DNA of 64,000 nucleotides, taken from positions 15,477 to 79,476 of the forward strand of contig CAVQUD010000009.1 in NCBI GenBank assembly GCA_963716755.1. Reading direction: 5' to 3'. Each line of letters begins with the position of its first letter. Positions within the stretch are counted from its first letter, which is position 1. Positions 1 through 11,439 of the stretch are shown here, piece by piece. Position numbers and translations under genes: made by a program. The notes beneath the pieces were generated by a model. The model saw only the letters and a list, made by a program, of their open reading frames with translations, ran no database searches and had not been told where the DNA came from. The stretch comes from Blastocatellia bacterium (GTDB lineage Bacteria > Acidobacteriota > Blastocatellia > Pyrinomonadales > Pyrinomonadaceae).

Positions 1-418
1 TCGGCTACGTTGAAAGAGGGGAAATACCAGCCGGCATAGTGAAACTGTAGAAAATCGACCACGTAGCCGTATGCACAGGCGGTCGATCACGTTGCCGACG
101 GCGCCCGCCAGTATGCAGGACATGGCAAATGCGAACAGGCGCTGGCCCGGGTGCGACTTGAGCATCCAGAGGATGAACACGGCCGCACCGATGCCGATCG
201 CGCTGAAGAACCAGCGCTGCCAGCCGGAGGCGCCGGCCAGGAACGAAAAGGCCGCGCCTTCGTTGTGCACCCGCACCAGGTTGAAGAAGCTGGTGACCCG
301 TGGTGCTGTCGCCCAGGCGGTAGTAGCCCAGCACCATCAGCTTGCTGAACTGGTCGGCGATCAGGAGCAGCAGCGACAGGCCCAGCCACGGCAACATGGC
401 GCTCGCGCCAGCGCGCAT
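1..418 (-). CDS. lspA: lipoprotein signal peptidase II; 3' end runs off the window; frame broken by indels
   Basis: N-terminus [26 protein letters not shown] in ORF 5..487. A different frame at the window edge reads [22 protein letters not shown]. Lies directly downstream of ileS. Confidence 0.75.
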
Positions 419-429
419 ATCGCGCGACG

Positions 430-3301
430 TCACGCGAAGCTTCTCGTTTCGCCCGCGCCGAACAGGTTGCTGGTGCAGCGCCCGCATAGGCCCGGATGCG
501 CGGCGTCAACGCCGACGTCGTCGCGGTAGTGCCAGCAGCGCTCGCATTTGGCGTCGGTCACCGGCGTGGGCGTTGCGCGCAACTCGGCGCCCGGCAAGAC
601 GCTGGCTTTCGACGTGATGAACACGAAACGCAGGTCGTCGCCCAGGCTTTGCAGCGCGGCCAGCAACTCGCCGTGGCGTATCCGCGGGCACTTCGATCCG
701 GACCTGGGCCTGCAGCGACGAGCCCACCTTGTTGTCCGCGCGCAGGGCCTCGATCTCCTTGTTCGCGAGCTCGCGCATCGCACGGATGCGCGACCACTTG
801 TCCAGCAACGCGGTGTCACGGGCAGGCAGTTCGGCGAAGACGCTGGTAAAGATCGATACCCGTCGTTGCGGCGGGAGTCTTGCCGGCCGCGGACAACACG
901 CTCCAGGCTTCCTCGGCGGTGAAGCTCAGGAATGGCGCCATCCAGCGCAGCATGGCCTGGGTGATCTGCCACAGGGCGGTCTGGGCCGAGCGCCGCGCCA
1001 GCGAGTCCGGCTGCGGTCGTGTACAGCCGGTCCTTGAGGATGTCGAGGTAGAACGCGCCCAGGTCTTCGCTGCAGTAGATCTGCAGCTTGGCCACCACCG
1101 GGTGGAACTCGTACACCTCGTAGTGCGCCAGGATGTCGGCCTGCAACTGCGCCGCGCGCGACAGCGCGTAGCGGTCGATCTCCAGCATGTCGCCAGCGGC
1201 ACGGCGTGCCTGGCCGGATCGAAGTCGCTGGTGTTGGCGAGCAGGAACTTGAGCGTGTTGCGGATGCGCCGGTAGGTGTCGACCACCCGCGCCAGGATCT
1301 TGTCGTCGCCGGCGATGTCGCCCGAGTAGTCGCTGGCGGCGACCCACAGGCGGATGATTTCGGCGCCGAGCTTCTTCGCAGGTTTCCTGTGGGTCCACGC
1401 CGTTGCCCAGGCTCTTGCTCATCTTGCGGCCCTGGCTGTCGACCGTGAAGCCATGGGTCAGCAAGCCGCGGTAGGGTGCGCGCCCGACCATGGCGCAGGC
1501 GGTCAGCAGCGAGGAGTGGAACCAGCCGCGGTGCTGGTCGTGGCCTTCCAGGTACAGGTCGGCCTCGGGTCCCTCGGCATGGCCGCTGCCGGGGTGCGAG
1601 CCCTTGAGCACCGTGGTGTGCGTGGTGCCGGAGTCGAACCAGACCTCCAGGATGTCGTTGCTCTTGGTGTAGAGCGCCGCGTCCTGCGTCGCCGATGACC
1701 GATTCGGCGCTGGCCTTGCTCCAGGCCTCGATGCCACCTTGCTCGACCATGTCGGCGGCCAGGTCCAGGATCTCCATCGTGCGGGGATGCAGTTCGCCGG
1801 AGTCGCGGTGGATGAAGAACGGCAGCGGCACGCCCCAGCTGCGCTGGCGGCTGATGCACCAGTCCGGCCGGCCGGCGATCATGTCGCGCAGGCGGGTGCG
1901 GCCGTTCTCGGGGTAGAACGCGGTCTGTTCGATCGCGTCCAGCGCCAGCTGGCGCAGGGTCCTTGGGCGCCTTGTCGCGGGTGAATACGCCTTCGCCTTC
2001 GTCCATGCGGATGAACCACTGCGCCGCTGCGCGGTAGATCACCGGCGTCTTGTGGCGCCAGCAATGCGGGTAGCTGTGCGAGATGTGGGTGGTGGCGAAC
2101 AGGCGGTCCGACTCGGCCAGCACCTCGATGATGCGCGGGCAGGCCTTCCAGATGTTGAGGCCGCCAAACAGCGGCAGCTCGGCGGCATATTGGCCGTTGC
2201 CCTGGACCGGGTTGAGGATGTCGTCTAGCGCCATGCCGTGGGCGACGCAGCTGTTGAAGTCGTCCACGCCATAGGCCGGCGACGAGTGCACCAGGCCGGT
2301 GCCGTCGTCGGCGGTGGCGTAGTCGGCCAGGTAGATCGGCGCGAGGCGGTCGTAACCCTGCGTCGACATGGGCCAGCGGATGGTGGAACTCGATGCCGGC
2401 CAGGGCCTTGCCGAGGGTCGTGGCGACGACCGTGCCGGTCAGGCCGTAGCGCTCCAGGCAGGTTTCGACCAGGCTGGCGGCCAGCAGCAGCAGGCCGCGC
2501 TGGCGTGTCGACCAGGGCGTATTCCAGCTCGGGGTTGAGGTTCAGCGCCTGGTTGGCGGGAATGGTCCAGGCGGTGGTGGTCCAGATCACCGCGAAGGCG
2601 GGTTTGGCCAGCGCGTCCAGGCCGAAGGCCGTGGCCAGTTGCTGCGGCTCGGCGCACAGAAAACCGACGTCCAGCGTCTGCGATTTCTTGTCGGCGTATT
2701 CGATCTCGAACTCGGCCAGCGACGAGCCGCAGTCAAAACACCAGTAGACCGGCTTGAGCCCGCGGTAGACGAAGCCGCGTTCGACCACGCGCTTGAAGGC
2801 GCGGATTTCCTCGGCTTCGTTCTTGAAGTCCATGGTGCGGTAGGGGTGGTCCCATTCGCCCAGCACGCCCAGGCGCTTGAAGTCGGCCATCTGCAGCGCG
2901 ATCTGCTCGGTGGCGAAGGCGCGGCTCTTGGCCTGCATTTCGTCGCGCGGCAGGTTGCGGCCGTATTTCTTCTCGATCGCGTTCTCGATCGGCAGGCCGT
3001 GGCAGTCCCAGCCCGGGATGTAGCGCGCGTCGAAGCCTTCGAGCTGGCGCGCCTTGACGATCATGTCCTTGAGGATCTTGTTGACCGCGTGGCCCATGTG
3101 GATCTGGCCGTTGGCATAGGGCGGGCCGTCGTGCAGGATGAACTTGGGCGCGCCCGCGCGCGCGTCGCGCAATTGCTTGTAGATGCCTTCGTCGTCCCAC
3201 TCCCTGGCCCAGACCGGTTCGCGCTTGGGCAGGTCGCCGCGCATCGGGAACGGCGTCTCGGGCAGGTTGAGGGTGCTGCGGTAGTCGGTTTTCTCGGTCA
3301 T
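430..3301 (-). CDS. ileS: isoleucine--tRNA ligase, split over at least four reading frames
   Basis: Start [33 protein letters not shown] motif in [21 protein letters not shown] in [12 protein letters not shown]-terminal Zn finger [10 protein letters not shown]...CGRCTSNL. Consecutive segments lie in ORFs 2225..3319, 1503..2369, 926..1882 and 430..1737. Confidence 0.9.
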
Positions 3302-3457
3302 CGTGGTTGCAGCCGCCATGTGCGGCGCGTGTCGCTGAAGCTGGGGAGATCGGGACGGCCGGGAATGCCGGACGCCAGGGTCACTGGATTGTTAGCGTCC
3401 GGCGAAACACCTCGGGCCGGGTCGCCTGGTCGGCGGCCGGCTGAGGCCTTTCGCCCG

Positions 3458-4478
3458 CTAAATTCGGTCGCGTGTGGTTTGCCGATGGGTCTGCGCGTGC
3501 ATCGACGCGAAATACGCGCGTGCTGCCGTCGCGGTCCCTGGCGATGCCGCGCTCGAGCGCGTCCAGGCCATCGTACTTGAGTTCGTCGTGCAGTTTGTGC
3601 AGCAGTTCCACGCGGATGATTTTACCGTAGCCGCTGTCGTGTCCCCAGCCCGTCGGGCCAGTCCAGGCAATGGGTCTCGAGCAGTACGCGGCCGCCGTTG
3701 ACGTCGGCCGGGTCGAGCGATGGGCGGATGCCCAGATTGGCCACGCCCTGCAAGCGGGGCGTCTGCCAGCCCATGCACCAGCACGACGAAGATGCCGCTG
3801 GCGGCCGGTTTCCAGTGCGCAAAGCGCAGGTTGAGCGTCGGAAAACCCAGTTCGCGGCCCAGTTTGCGGCCGTGCACCACATGGCCGGAGATGCGGTACG
3901 GGCGGCCCAGCAGGCGTTCCGCGTCCGCCATCCGGCCTTGCGGCCAGCGCCTCGCCTGACCGTCGGAGCTCGACACCCGCAGTCCGTGCACCTCGTAGCT
4001 GTTCATGCGCGCCACGTCGAAGCCCGTGGCGGTCGCCTGCAGCGTCCAGCATGGCGTAGTCGCCCGACGCGCCGGGCACCAAAGCGGAAGTCGTCGCCGA
4101 CCAGCACGTAGCGGGCCCGCAGCCCGTGCACCAGCACCGTGTCGATGAACGCTCTGCGGCGCCTGGCCGGCCAGGCGTGCGTTGAACGGCATCACCACCG
4201 CCTGGTCGACGCCGCAATGCGGCCAGGTCGATCAGCTTGTCGCGCAGGCTGCCGATGCGCGCCGGCGCCAGATCCTGTTTGCCGGTGACGGCCGCGAAAT
4301 AGTCGCGCGGATGCGGCTCGAACGTCAGCACGCAGCTGGGCACGCCGCGCTGCGCCGCTTCGGCGCGCAGCAGCGCCAGCATGGCCTGATGTCCACGGTG
4401 CACGCCGTCGAAGTTGCCGATCGTGAGGGCGCACGCCGGCGCCAGGGTGGAGTGCTGCAGGCCGCGGAAGACTTTCAT
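3458..4478 (-). CDS. ribF: bifunctional riboflavin kinase / FMN adenylyltransferase, split over three frames
   Basis: MKVFRGLQHSTLAPACALTIGNFDGVHRGHQAMLALL in one frame. GRPYRISGHVVHGRKLGRELGFPTLNL in a second. GVANLGIRPSLDP..GRVLLETHCLDW in a third. Tail ..AARAYFA before the stop at 3458. Confidence 0.85.
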
Positions 4479-4652
4479 TCGGTCCGTATTTTTTTGATAG
4501 CAGGCGGTTGCGCCAGCGTCGGCGATTTGCCGGCGGCTGTCATGGAAAGCAGGTATATTGTGGCCCACCGCCGGTCGGCAACCGGACTGTCCGGCCGCAG
4601 CCGACCGACGCGATCGGTGTTGGCAACATCGTTCACCATTTCAGGAGGCGTA

Positions 4653-5214
4653 GTGTTGAAGGTCTTGAAGCTGTCAGCCCAGGGGCTGCCCCAGTCCTGG
4701 ATATCGCTCGAACAGGCCGTGATCCACTATGCGGCCGGAGGAGGTGCGCTGGGAGTCGGGCGGCGAGATCGCCGTGTTTCACGGCGGGCACAACGCGCGC
4801 ACCGGGGCGCAGTCGATCATCGCGGTCAACAGCATCATCGGCACCAAGGGCGTGCCCAACATCAATCCGTTCAACCTCAAGCCGGGTCTGACCAACAGCA
4901 AGCTGTTCGCGCGGGATCGCAACATCTGCGCCTACTGCGGCCAGCAGCACCCCGAAGAAAGCCTGACGCGCGAACACATCGTTCCGTTTGCGCAAAACGG
5001 CGTCGACGTCTGGATGAACGTCGTGACCGCCTGCCGCCCCTGCAACCATCGCAAGAGCAGCCGCACGCCGGAGCAGGCCAACATGCCGCTGCTGTACGCG
5101 CCCTATGTTCCCAGCCTGTGGGAGGACTTCATTCTGCGCAATCGGCGCATCCTGGCCGACCAGATGGAGTTCCTGATGACCCATCTGCCCAAGTCATCGC
5201 GCCTGATGTCCTGA
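4653..5214 (+). CDS. HNH endonuclease family protein, one frameshift near 4735
   Basis: AGGAGG at 4643-4648 followed by GTG at 4653. N-terminal LKVLKLSAQGLPQSWISLEQAVIHYAA in one frame, then ORF 4729..5214 with CAYCGQQ..TREHIVPFAQNG..NVVTACRPCNHRKSSRTPEQA (HNH with paired Cys motifs). Confidence 0.7.
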
Positions 5215-6544
5215 GGCGCGATCAGGCGGCGACGCGCTGGTGCGGGCCGCGCCACGCGTTCGGCATCGGCGCACGACCGCGCGGCGCGGTGCCATCGGTC
5301 GCGGGCCGAGCAGGAAAAAAGTGCGCATGGCCCCCTTGCCCTTGATCGCGACGCTGCCGCGGGACTCGAAATGGAATTCGTCCTGCAGCGCCTGGCGCAT
5401 ATGCTCGCTGACCTGGATCACGGCCGGCGTGCCCGGTCGACTCCATGCGGCTGGCGGTGTTGACGGCGTCGCCCCAGACGTCGTAGAGGAAGCGCTTGAG
5501 CCCGATGACCCCGGCGATGGTGGGACCGACATGCATGCCGGCGCGTATGTCGAGCGGGTAGCCGTGGCGCATGCCGGTAGGCTGTCATGGCGTCGAGCAT
5601 GTCCAGCGCCAGATCGCGCGACCGCCGCCGCATTGCCCTTGCCGATCACCATGTAGGCGTCGCCGATGGTCTTGATTTTTTCGACGTCGTGGCGGTCGAC
5701 CAGCGTGTCGAACTCGGTGAATATGTCGTTGAGAATCCGCACCACCGCGTCGGGTGACCGGCTCGGCGGAAAAACGGGTGAAGCCGACGATGTCGACGAA
5801 CAGGACCGCCATGCGCTGGTATTTTTCGGCCTTGACGGCGTTGTTGCTCTTGAGTTCGTCGGCGATCGACATCGGCAGCGCGTTGTACAACACCGTGTCG
5901 GCGCGGGCGCGTTCGTGCTCGACCAGTCGTTTTTCCCGGTAGAGCGCCTGGCTCAGGCGCATCAGGTGCCCGTCGAGCAGCAGCGCGACGATCGCCAGTG
6001 CGACCAGGTTGATGGCCGCGCCGCTGGTATAGAAGCTGCCGCCTGCCGTCGAACCAGTAGATGGCCAGCACCAGTGCCGCCGTGCTGGCGACGTTGAGCA
6101 CCCTGCGCAAACGGCCGGGATAGCTGAATACACACACCATCGTCAGCAGGAACATGGCATAGGTCGACAGGTCGCCACTGAGCGTCCAGGAGATGAAGGC
6201 GAACCACGGAGAACAGCGCCGCGCCAAGACTCAGGAACAGCACCAGGCCGCCTGGTGCGCTGTGCGTGGCCGGTGCCGGATCGGGCCCAGACCAGGAACG
6301 CCAGGAAATACAGCGCCGCGCATCCGTGCCAGGCGACCAGGCTGGCGTGTTGGGGGTTGGCGCCCCAGATGCCGTTGCGGTACAGGATGGGATCGACCAC
6401 CAGCAACATCAGCGCGACGACGACCAGGCCGATGCGGCACATCGGCGCCAGCATAGAGAACGAGCGCTGGATCAGCCAATGGTCGAATCCATCTCCATCG
6501 GTGTCGTGGAGATCCTGGGCAATGGAGCCGAGAACGCCAGCCAT
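5194..6544 (-). CDS. membrane-anchored class III adenylate/guanylate cyclase, at least three frame switches; 3' end uncertain
   Basis: Hydrophobic N-terminal part in ORFs 6143..6544 and 5646..6227. Cyclase motifs [28 protein letters not shown] and [36 protein letters not shown] lie in different frames. Confidence 0.7.
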
Positions 6545-6702
6545 GCAGCCTCCCTGCAGGCCGTGCGGCGAACCCGGGGGCCGGGTTGCATCAGTCGCAG
6601 GCCAGTGCCGATGGTGGCGCGGATTTCCCGTTCGTGCCGGTCAGCGCCGGCGAACCATGCTCAATATGGGTGAGCTATGCCAGGCTGGGCAATACGGCCT
6701 GT

Positions 6703-7828
6703 TCAGGCGAAGACGCCGGCGTTATCCTGCATCCTGGCGGACACTTCGCCCAGGTGGTGCAGGCTGTCGCCGAATGCCATTTCCAGCTGCGTCAGTTTCT
6801 TGAAATAGTGGCTGACGATGTATTCGTCGGTGACGCCGATGCCACCATGCAACTGCACCGCCTGCTGGCCGACGAAGCGCATCGACTGGCCCAACTGGTA
6901 TTTGGCGCGCGCCATTGCGGCGCGGCGTTCGGGAGCCGGAGCATTGAGCTTGAGCGAGGCGTAATAACTCATGGACCGCGCCAGCTCCAGTTGCATCTTC
7001 ATGTCGGCAACCCGGTGGCGCAGTGCCTGGAAGCTGCTGATCACGACGCCGAACTGCTTGCGCGTGTTCATGTACTCCACCGTGATCGCCAAGGTCTTGT
7101 CCATGACGCCGACGGCCTCGGCACAGGTCGCCGCGATACCGATGTCCACGCCATGTTCGAGCGCCGCCAGCCCGTCCTTGCTGATCAATTGCGCCGGCGC
7201 CTGTGTCAGATGCAGTTCGGCCGCTCGCGCGCCGTCCAGTGTGCCGTAGGCACGGACCTCGACACCTGAGCGCCGCTTTCTCGACCAGGAACAGCGCGAT
7301 CGCGCCGTCGATCATGGCGCTGACCAGGAACGCATCGGCCTGGTCGCCCGCCGCGACCAGGCTCTTGGAGCCGGTCAACGCCCAGCCGCCATCACGTGGC
7401 ACCGCCTGGGTCACGCATTTGTCGAGCCGGTAACGCGAGGCGCGCTCCAGATAGGCCAGAACCACCAGATGCTCGCCGCTGGCGACGCGCGGCGCCCATT
7501 CGGCGGCCAGCGCCTTGGGCGCGTATCCGCTCAAGATGGCCCCGCAAATCAGGGCCTGGGCCAGTGGCTCGAGCACGATGCCGCGGCCGAGTTCCTCCAT
7601 GACCACCATGCCTTCCACCGGGCCCATGCCCATGCCACCCAGCGATTCCGGCACGAACAGGCCGCACAGGCCCAGTTCCGCCAGTTCGCGGTAGGCGTCG
7701 GGGGAATATCCCCCTTCGTTGGCGATGGCGCGTCGGCGCTCGAAGGCATAGGCCTTGTCCACCCATTTGCGGACCGCGTCGCGCAATTGTTCCTGGTCGT
7801 CGCTGAAATCAAAGTCCATGTCTGTCAC
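6703..7828 (-). CDS. acyl-CoA dehydrogenase family protein, one frameshift near 7200
   Basis: N-terminal MTDMDFDFSDDQEQLRDAVRKWV...GLFVPESLGGMGMG in ORF 6722..7828. C-terminal ..YMNTRKQFGVVISSFQALRHRVADM..QLHGGIGVTDEY in ORF 6703..7188. Confidence 0.85.
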
Positions 7829-7909
7829 CTGGTTGTGTTGATGTTCGTCCTGGTCGCGTCGTACCGGGCATCCCGGCCTCTGGCAAGGGCAGGCGTCCCT
7901 CGGCAGGTA

Positions 7910-9089
7910 CTATCCCAGCACGAACTGGGACACGATGTTGCGCTGCACTTCGTTGGAGCCGCCATAGATGGTGGTCTTGCGCAGGTTGAGGTAGGTCGAC
8001 GCCAGCGGCGCGCAATGCAGCGCACCGACGGCGTCGCCCTGCCAGCCGGCCTCCATGGCTTCGTGGATCAGCGGCAAGGCATAGGGTCCGGCCGCCAGCA
8101 TCATCAGTTCGCTGTAGCGCTGCTGGATTTCGCTGCCGCGGATCTTCAGCAGTCCGGCGATGTCCAGCGACTGTTTGCCCGATTTTTCGGCCGCCAGCAC
8201 CCGCAGGACCATCATCTCGAGTGCGACGACGTCGACCTCGAGCCTGGCGATCTCGTCGCGGAAACGTGCGTCGTCGTAGACGCCTTCGGCCTTGGCAATG
8301 CGCTTGAGGCGTTCGAGTTCGCGTTTGGCCCGATTGACGTCGGCGATGTTGGTGCGTTCGTGGCTCAGCAGGTGCTTGGCGTAGGTCCAGCCCTTGTTCT
8401 CTTCGCCGATCAGGTTCTCGGCCGGTACCTCGACGTTGTCGAAAAACACCTCGTTGACTTCGACACTGCCGTCGAGCAGCTCGATCGGGCGCACGGTCAC
8501 GCCGGGCGACTTCATGTCGATCAGCAGGAAGCTGATACCGGTTTGCGGCTTGCCTTCGGTGCTGGTGCGCACCAGGCAGAAAATCCATTCGCCGTACTGG
8601 CCCAGCGTGGTCCAGGTTTTCTGGCCATTGACGATGTACTTGTCGCCGCTGGCGTTCGGCACGTGTCTTGAGCGATGCCAGGTCGCTGCCGGCGCCCGGT
8701 TCGCTGTAGCCCTGGCTCCACCACACCTCGCCGCTGGCGATGCCGGGCAGGAAGCGCGCCTGTTGCTCGGCGCTGCCGAACGCCATGATGACCGGCGCGA
8801 CCATCACCGGGCCGAACGGCACGACGCGGGGTGCGCCGGCAAGCGCGCATTCCTCCTCGAACAGGTGTTTCTGCACCGAGTTCCAGCCCGGACCGCCGAA
8901 CTCCTTGGGCCAGCCATGGCCGAGCCAGCCTTTCTTGCCCAGTATTTTTGCCCAGCGCTGCATGTCGTCGCGGGTCAGGTGCAAGGCGTTGTGCACCTTG
9001 TGCGAAATGTCGGCGGGCAGGTTCGCGGCAACCCAGGCGCGAATGTCATCGCGAAACGTCTGTTCTTCCGGTGTAAAGGCCAAATCCAT
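7910..9089 (-). CDS. acyl-CoA dehydrogenase family protein, one frameshift near 8660
   Basis: MDLAFTPEEQTFRDDIRAWV..GWPKEFGGPGW..WWSQGYSEPGAGSDLASLKTRAE inside ORF 7809..9500. Then YIVNGQKTWTTLGQYGEWIFCLVRT...TIYGGSNEVQRNIV in ORF 7910..8662. Confidence 0.85.
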
Positions 9090-9206
9090 AATGCGATCTC
9101 CAATCAGGCAGAAGGAGGTTGTAGCACGGGATACGCTTTGATTCCTGTCCGAACCGCGACAAACCGCGCGGGACGCGTGGCGTGGCGAGCGATAATTTTC
9201 GGATCC

Positions 9207-9798
9207 ATGAAGAATATCGTGATCCTGATCTCCGGCGCCGGCTCCAATATGGCGGCGATCGTGCGGGCGGCGCGCCGTGAGGACTGGGGCACGACGCTGC
9301 AGCGCCCGCGTCACTGCCGTGATCAGCAATCGCCCCGACGCGGGTGGTCTCGCGACAGCGCGGGAGCAGGGCATCGCCACCGAGGTGGTCGACCACCGTG
9401 GCTTTGCGAGCCGCGGCGAGTTCGACCGCGCGCTGGCAACGGCGATCGATCGGCATGATCCGCATGGGCGCCCTGCGCTGGTGGTGCTGGCCGGATTCAT
9501 GCGGGTCCTGACGGGGGAGTTCGTCGGGCATTACGCAGGGCGTCTGGTCAACATCCATCCTTCGCTGCTGCCGGCGTTCACCGGCCTGCACACCCACCAG
9601 CGTGCGCTGGATGCGGGCTGCCGCCTGGCCGGCGCGACCGTGCATCTGGTGACGACCGAACTCGACGACGGTCCGATTCTGGCGCAGGCCGCGGTTCCGG
9701 TATTGCCCGGCGACACCGCAGCGACGCTGGCTGCGCGGGTCGTCACGCAGGAGCATCGGATGTATCCACAGGCGATCGCGGACCTGCTCAGGCGCTGA
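9207..9798 (+). CDS. purN: phosphoribosylglycinamide formyltransferase, one frameshift near 9290
   Basis: MKNIVILISGAGSNMAAIV in one frame. Then VISNRPDAGGL..NIHPSLLPAFTGLHTHQRALDAG..GATVHLVTTELDDGPIL in ORF 9277..9798. Confidence 0.85.
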
Positions 9799-9897
9799 TC
9801 GGCCGGTAGACGGGTCGGATTGGCGCCAGGTCACGCGCGGCATGGCCTTGCTTGCCGGTCGATCCGGGCCTGTGTTGCACGAATACCCCATGGGACA

Positions 9898-10509
9898 ATG
9901 CCGGCCATGCATCCCAAACCCCTGCTGGACGCCTGCGCCGACCTTGTCGCGCTGGTGCTGAAGTTCGAACATCCGGCCGATGCTGTCGTTGCGCGGTTTT
10001 TTCGCGACCACCGGTCGCTGGGGCCGCGCGAGCGTGCGACGCTGTCGGAAACCGTCTACGCGGTGCTGCGCAAGAAGCAGTTGTTCGAGCATCTCGCGCC
10101 ATCGGGCAGTGGCTCCAGGGCACGCCGACTGGCGATCCTGGGTTTTCACGGATCGCGCGACTTCCTCGATGCGGCGCTCGAGCGAGCAGGAAAAAAGCTG
10201 GCTGACCGCGTGTGGCGAGGTCCGGGTCGACGAGCTCGATGGAGCGCCATCGCCACAATCTGCCGGAATGGCTGGCCCAGTTGCTCAAGGCCGAACGCAA
10301 GCAGGACTTCTGGCCGTTGGTCGACAGCCTCAATACACCGGTCGGTACGCTGGATTTGCGGGTCAACACGTTCAAGGCCAAGCGCGCCGAGGTGCAGAAG
10401 GCCCTGTCGAAGGCGGGCATCCGTGTCGATGCCGACGCCTTATTCTCCCTGGGGCCTGCGTATCGACGGGAAACCGGTGCTGAGCCGGCTGGACGGGTAC
10501 TTGAACGGC
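9898..10509 (+). CDS. rsmB: 16S rRNA m5C methyltransferase RsmB/Sun, N-terminal NusB-like part only; frameshifted and truncated at the breakpoint
   Basis: LVLKFEHPADAVVARFFRDHRSLGPRERATLSETVYAVLRKKQ, HRHNLPEWLAQ and TPYSPWGLRIDGKPVLSRLDGYLNG are present. The methyltransferase core (FEVQDEGSQ...) that should follow is absent. Confidence 0.7.
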
Positions 10510-10512
10510 GAC
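10500..10512. other. compositional and taxonomic breakpoint where two convergent genes are both truncated
   Basis: The rsmB frame becomes meaningless after ..LNG (10504-10509). The minus-strand DUF4349 frame becomes antisense rsmB after ..GALPLIVA (10507-10533). GC and indel density change here. Confidence 0.75.
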
Positions 10513-11391
10513 AATGAGCGGGAGGGCTCCTACGACGAACGTCACAAGACCGAGAATAAAACCTATCGCGATATCGAATCCATGGCCTAAGGATTCCGAC
10601 AGGCGATAGAAGAGCCCGGAAGAGTTCGCTGAAAAAGCCGCCGGTGTCTGCAGACGAATCTTGATCGTCGAGAGACTTGCTTGATTTTCCAGGAATCGCT
10701 TTCGGCCTTCGACCTTCTCGATCTCGCCTCGCACCTCGGCCAATTGCCGCTGAACGTTCAAAGCGTCTTCAACGTTGTTCGCCCGTTTCATTATCTCCAT
10801 GAACTGCTGTTCCAGGGCTCTTTTAGCTCCCAGACGAGCTTCGATATCGATAAATTCCTCGGTTACATCCTCGCCTTTGACGGTTTCCATGATCACCCGG
10901 CTCGCCGTCGCCCTGATCTCATCGATCGCTTCGGTAAATTTGTCGGCGGGCACGCGCACCGTCATCTGAACAGTGTCGCGTGTGTTCACCTTCACGTTGC
11001 TGCTGCTCTGTTGCGACTCGACAACGAATCCGCCCTTGCTTTGCGCTATGGTGGCGATCCGTTTTTGAGATTCTTCCGGTTGTTCGGATTCGAGGTTGAG
11101 GTCGGCATTCCGAACGATCTTTCGCTCGAGCGGTATCGGAGCTGTTTGCGAGAGTTGAGCTTGTGTGAGGGAGACCTTTTCTGCGAGTACACCTTCTGTG
11201 GTTTGGGTGTCGCCCTCTTTCCGTCCACCACCACCGCCGCCCGTCCCGCGATCAGCTAAGGATGGGAAAGTGTCAGTAGATGTCGAAAGCTGATCTGTCC
11301 TGTCAGAGCTTGTATTGGCTGATTTCGCTCCGCCGCAAGAAGCGGACACGGCGACGAGACTCACGATCGTTAAAAGAATGATGCGATGCAT
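10510..11391 (-). CDS. DUF4349-like lipoprotein, C-terminal end lost at the breakpoint
   Basis: Signal plus lipobox MHRIILLTIVSLVAVSASCGG. Central coiled-coil region EEFIDIEARLGAKRALEQQFMEIMKRA..QRQLAEVRGEIE. C-terminal TM IGFILGLVTFVVGALPLIVA. ORF 10372..11391 then reads through into foreign sequence. Confidence 0.7.
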
Positions 11392-11439
11392 ATTGCCCTC
11401 CGATGTATTAGACGTCCTAAAGGGAAAGAACGATCCAAA

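Noticed and set aside
7469-8671. 400-aa plus-strand ORF, with similar long ORFs at 2639..3580, 4182..5345 and 8394..9458, in the high-GC block
   Set aside because: They lie antisense or out of frame to clearly recognisable genes (acyl-CoA dehydrogenase, ileS, ribF). They are Ala/Arg/Gly/Pro-rich with no motifs. This is the expected stop-codon-poor artefact of very GC-rich DNA.
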